From: Nemertoderma westbladi
Taxonomy: Eukaryota; Animalia; Xenacoelomorpha
Length of the DNA: 34,398 nt
Assembly (NCBI GenBank): GCA_032718475.1
Contig: JAUCBJ010003191.1
Span: 1-34,398 of the forward strand
Direction: 5' to 3'
Within the stretch, counting starts at the first letter, position 1, and every line of letters starts with the position of its first letter. A model generated the notes under the pieces. The model made no database searches and was not told the origin of the DNA. It was given only the letters and a program-made list of their open reading frames with translations. Shown one piece after another: positions 31,801 through 34,398 of the stretch. A program made the translations under genes and the position numbers.

Positions 31801-34398
31801 CGAAATCTTGCCTGAGCAGTCTCTTAAGCTGCTCCTCTGCTCTCTCATCACCCATTTCCTGCATGGTTCCCGCGAACATGCATCCTGATGTCTCCGACAT
31901 CCTAAATGGTATCTTGCTCTTGATTGGGCCACTCAGCGTCCACCCGAATGGTGTTAATATCGCCACTGGGTCACACTGCTTGTCTTCGCCGAAGACCGTT
32001 TGCATTCTTTCGTGGGCCGTTGGGCAGTCCATTCCTACTATGATGGATACCTTCCTAACGTCCACTTCTGGGATTGAGAATTCAATGTCGTCCAGGAATT
32101 TATATTGCTCGACCTCGATGTTGGTTGGCCGCCTGGCATTGATATTAATTGACTCTATCACTTGGATGGGGTCGATGGTTGCCCCGTAGTCGCATCCCGG
32201 TGCCACTGCTGCAATTTCGCACCGCCCGGTTCTCATCTCCAGGATCTCATCTTTACTAGAGATGGTTGTTACCGCCATTCTACTTGGCCTCGTTCTCAAT
32301 CCTATCTCTTCGGCCACCCATTCCTCGACTAATGTGAAGGCAGCTCCACTATCAACCAGCATCAGTGTTGTTACTGATCGATTGCCTTCTCTAATCACTC
32401 GCACTGGTACTACCCCAAGTAGCACCGTTCCTCTCTTCTTCGCCCCTACCGTGCTCGTTGCCATTGTTTGGCCTCTCCTTTGACCGAACTTGACCGGCGT
32501 CTCCTTGCATTGCCTAGCTCTATGTCCACTCATCACGCATCGCGAGCAGATCTCATTTCTCGCCGCATATTCTACCTGATCTTCTCTAGGTAGCGCTTGC
32601 CAGTACCTGCAGTTCATGGTTTGATGAAGCGCATTTGTATGTAGCTGGCATTTGCTATTTTGGTTGTAGCCATCCTTATACAGTGCATCGCGTATCGCAG
32701 CTGTGTTTGTACCAAAGTCCCTACTATTCTTATTGCTTGGGTTCGGCCTACTGGACGTACTGGGGTTATATTTATTTGTGTTGTTATTTCTCCCCTGTCC
32801 GTTCCATGGTGTGGTCTTACCTTCGGCTACCTGTGGACTTGCAGTCCCCTGCGTCGCTGCGTATGGCAGTGATTGCCTTAGCTTTGGTAATGCGTTTGAC
32901 GTGTTGTGCTCTGGTTTCGGTCTATGATAATCCGTCTTCGGTCCCTTTCCCAGGCTATCTTCACTATAGACTGGGTCGGTTATTAGTTCAGCTTCGTAAT
33001 TCAAGAAGCTTGACATTTCTTCTAAACCCGGTTCCGCACCCTTCCTATCTCGAGTGGAGAAAGCGATTTTCCTCCACTTGTTGCGCAGCCAGATCGGTAG
33101 TGCCTGCGCTATCGTGGTGATGTTATTGGACGCGTTGAGCTCGTATGGCGCGTCTAGCGTCTTCAGCACGATTAGCGCCTTTTCGACTTTGTTAGCGAAC
33201 GTCTTAATGCTAACGGGATTATCCTGTAGGCCACCCGATGTTATGACTCTCAGTGTCTGTCTGATGATCTTGGCCGGGTGCCCATATTCCCTGTCCAGTG
33301 CCCGCCATGCTGTCGTGAAGCCGCCCTCTATGCCTTGATATTGCCTCATGATGTCGTATGCTGGGCCTCCCGTGTATACTTGCAGATATTTTAGGCACTC
33401 CGCCTGCGTCAAGTTCTTTGTTAGTATTTCGTTACTATACATGCGCCGAAACTGTAGATATTCTTCCGGCCTACTCCCATCGAATTTAAATGGTTCCACG
33501 GGTGGTAACTCGATCCTCGTTTTCAACGCATCGATCAACGTGGCCATCCCCATCGCCTGCGCTTCCAGTGGGTTCGATGGATGTTGTATAGTTTCTCCTG
33601 TTTGGTGCGATCCGTCCGTCCTATTTCCAGCTTTCCTTTGACTTGGATATGTCATTGGGGGTAGCGGCCCCCTCCATATTTCTGTGTCGCACGACCTATT
33701 TTCATCCAAGGGGTTGGTTGTTCTCGCTCTTATTGGGGTATATTGTTGATATTGTGATGGGGGAATGTCACCCTGCCCCCCCCCCCCACCGGTATGTTTG
33801 GTACTAGGGTTGATGTTAATATATTGGGGCCCATGCACCTATCCGCAATAATTCCCCCCTCCCCTGGGTATATGTTATGTCCCTGCATGCTGTAGTCATA
33901 CTGCTGCACCGGTACCAGTATAGGCCTATCAGCTTCTGGCCTACCCGCCGGTACGTATTCCGCGACTTCCGGGTTTAATCCCGTCGTCGGCGCTATCCTA
34001 TCGCCTACATTGACTCTGTCAGTATGGCCTATGGTGTGTGCAGTAAGGCCTACAGTATGTCCTACAGTCTGCATGTGTCGCGCGGGATCGAAGCTTATTC
34101 TTCTCGAATAGTCCTCTCCGCGGCTACCGTATTCTCGATCGGTAGGTATATCCCGTCGGAAAGTTTCTCTTCGACCCCCTCTACTGCTCTCATCTTCGTA
34201 CCAGTACATCGTGTACCCCTCTCTCGACGCGTAGTGCGCCTCGCCAGGTCGCGTCTCTCCGGGGCGACGGCAATCTCCCGAAGATCGACCCCACCGACTC
34301 TCCGCTCTCATCTCGACTACCGACGGCTCACTATCCGTCCTCGCTCTCCCGTTGTTCGCGGCGACACTTTTTCTATTCTCTTCTCTTCTTCGTAGTGC
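28844..34398 (-). pseudogene. BEL/Pao gag-pol polyprotein (Gag-PR-RT-RH-IN), disrupted and 3'-truncated; extends beyond the window
   Basis: Motifs include DUF1759-type FKFDGS..LDREYG, CSRCVMSGHRARQC, LVDSGA, YLPLH, FYVDD, FSDAS, PKLEL, WTDS, an HHCC zinc finger, DMFGP, SDNG and ERL. There is a frameshift at ~30490, a TAA at 30226-30228 and a frame change at ~33830, and the ORF is cut after LTPR at 28844. Confidence 0.93.

Noticed and set aside
28793-34395. Many + strand ORFs over the BEL region, and similar ones over 9.4-12.2 kb and 24-28 kb
   Set aside because: They are antisense shadows of gag-pol or translations of minisatellites, with no independent support.

Overview
This is AT-rich, repeat-dense eukaryotic DNA, most likely from an invertebrate animal. 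No host protein-coding gene can be supported, and almost everything is nested mobile DNA. (1) An intron-containing IS3-like DDE transposase gene (- strand) is split by a TTAA-flanked piggyBac-type non-autonomous element. (2) A complete, young, pol-deleted BEL/Pao LTR element spans 5956-16099, with ~1.16-kb LTRs, a TAGGT target-site duplication (TSD) and an intact 992-aa Gag. It has no tRNA-type primer-binding site (PBS); instead the 11 nt abutting its 5' LTR are perfectly complementary to 11 nt inside its own LTR, the geometry of Tf1-type self-priming. (3) A decayed LINE carries a tRNA-derived SINE and a small MITE, and about 0.5 kb of this composite is duplicated. (4) Helentron/DINE-like non-autonomous elements and satellites are present. 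(5) A rearranged BEL/Pao relic carries an extra downstream ORF with tandem CCHC knuckles, and a second diverged copy of that ORF lies at ~17.2-18.0 kb. (6) A pseudogenised BEL/Pao gag-pol is truncated inside integrase by a perfect 101-bp palindrome. Family assignments come from motif recognition by eye, and no database searches were run.
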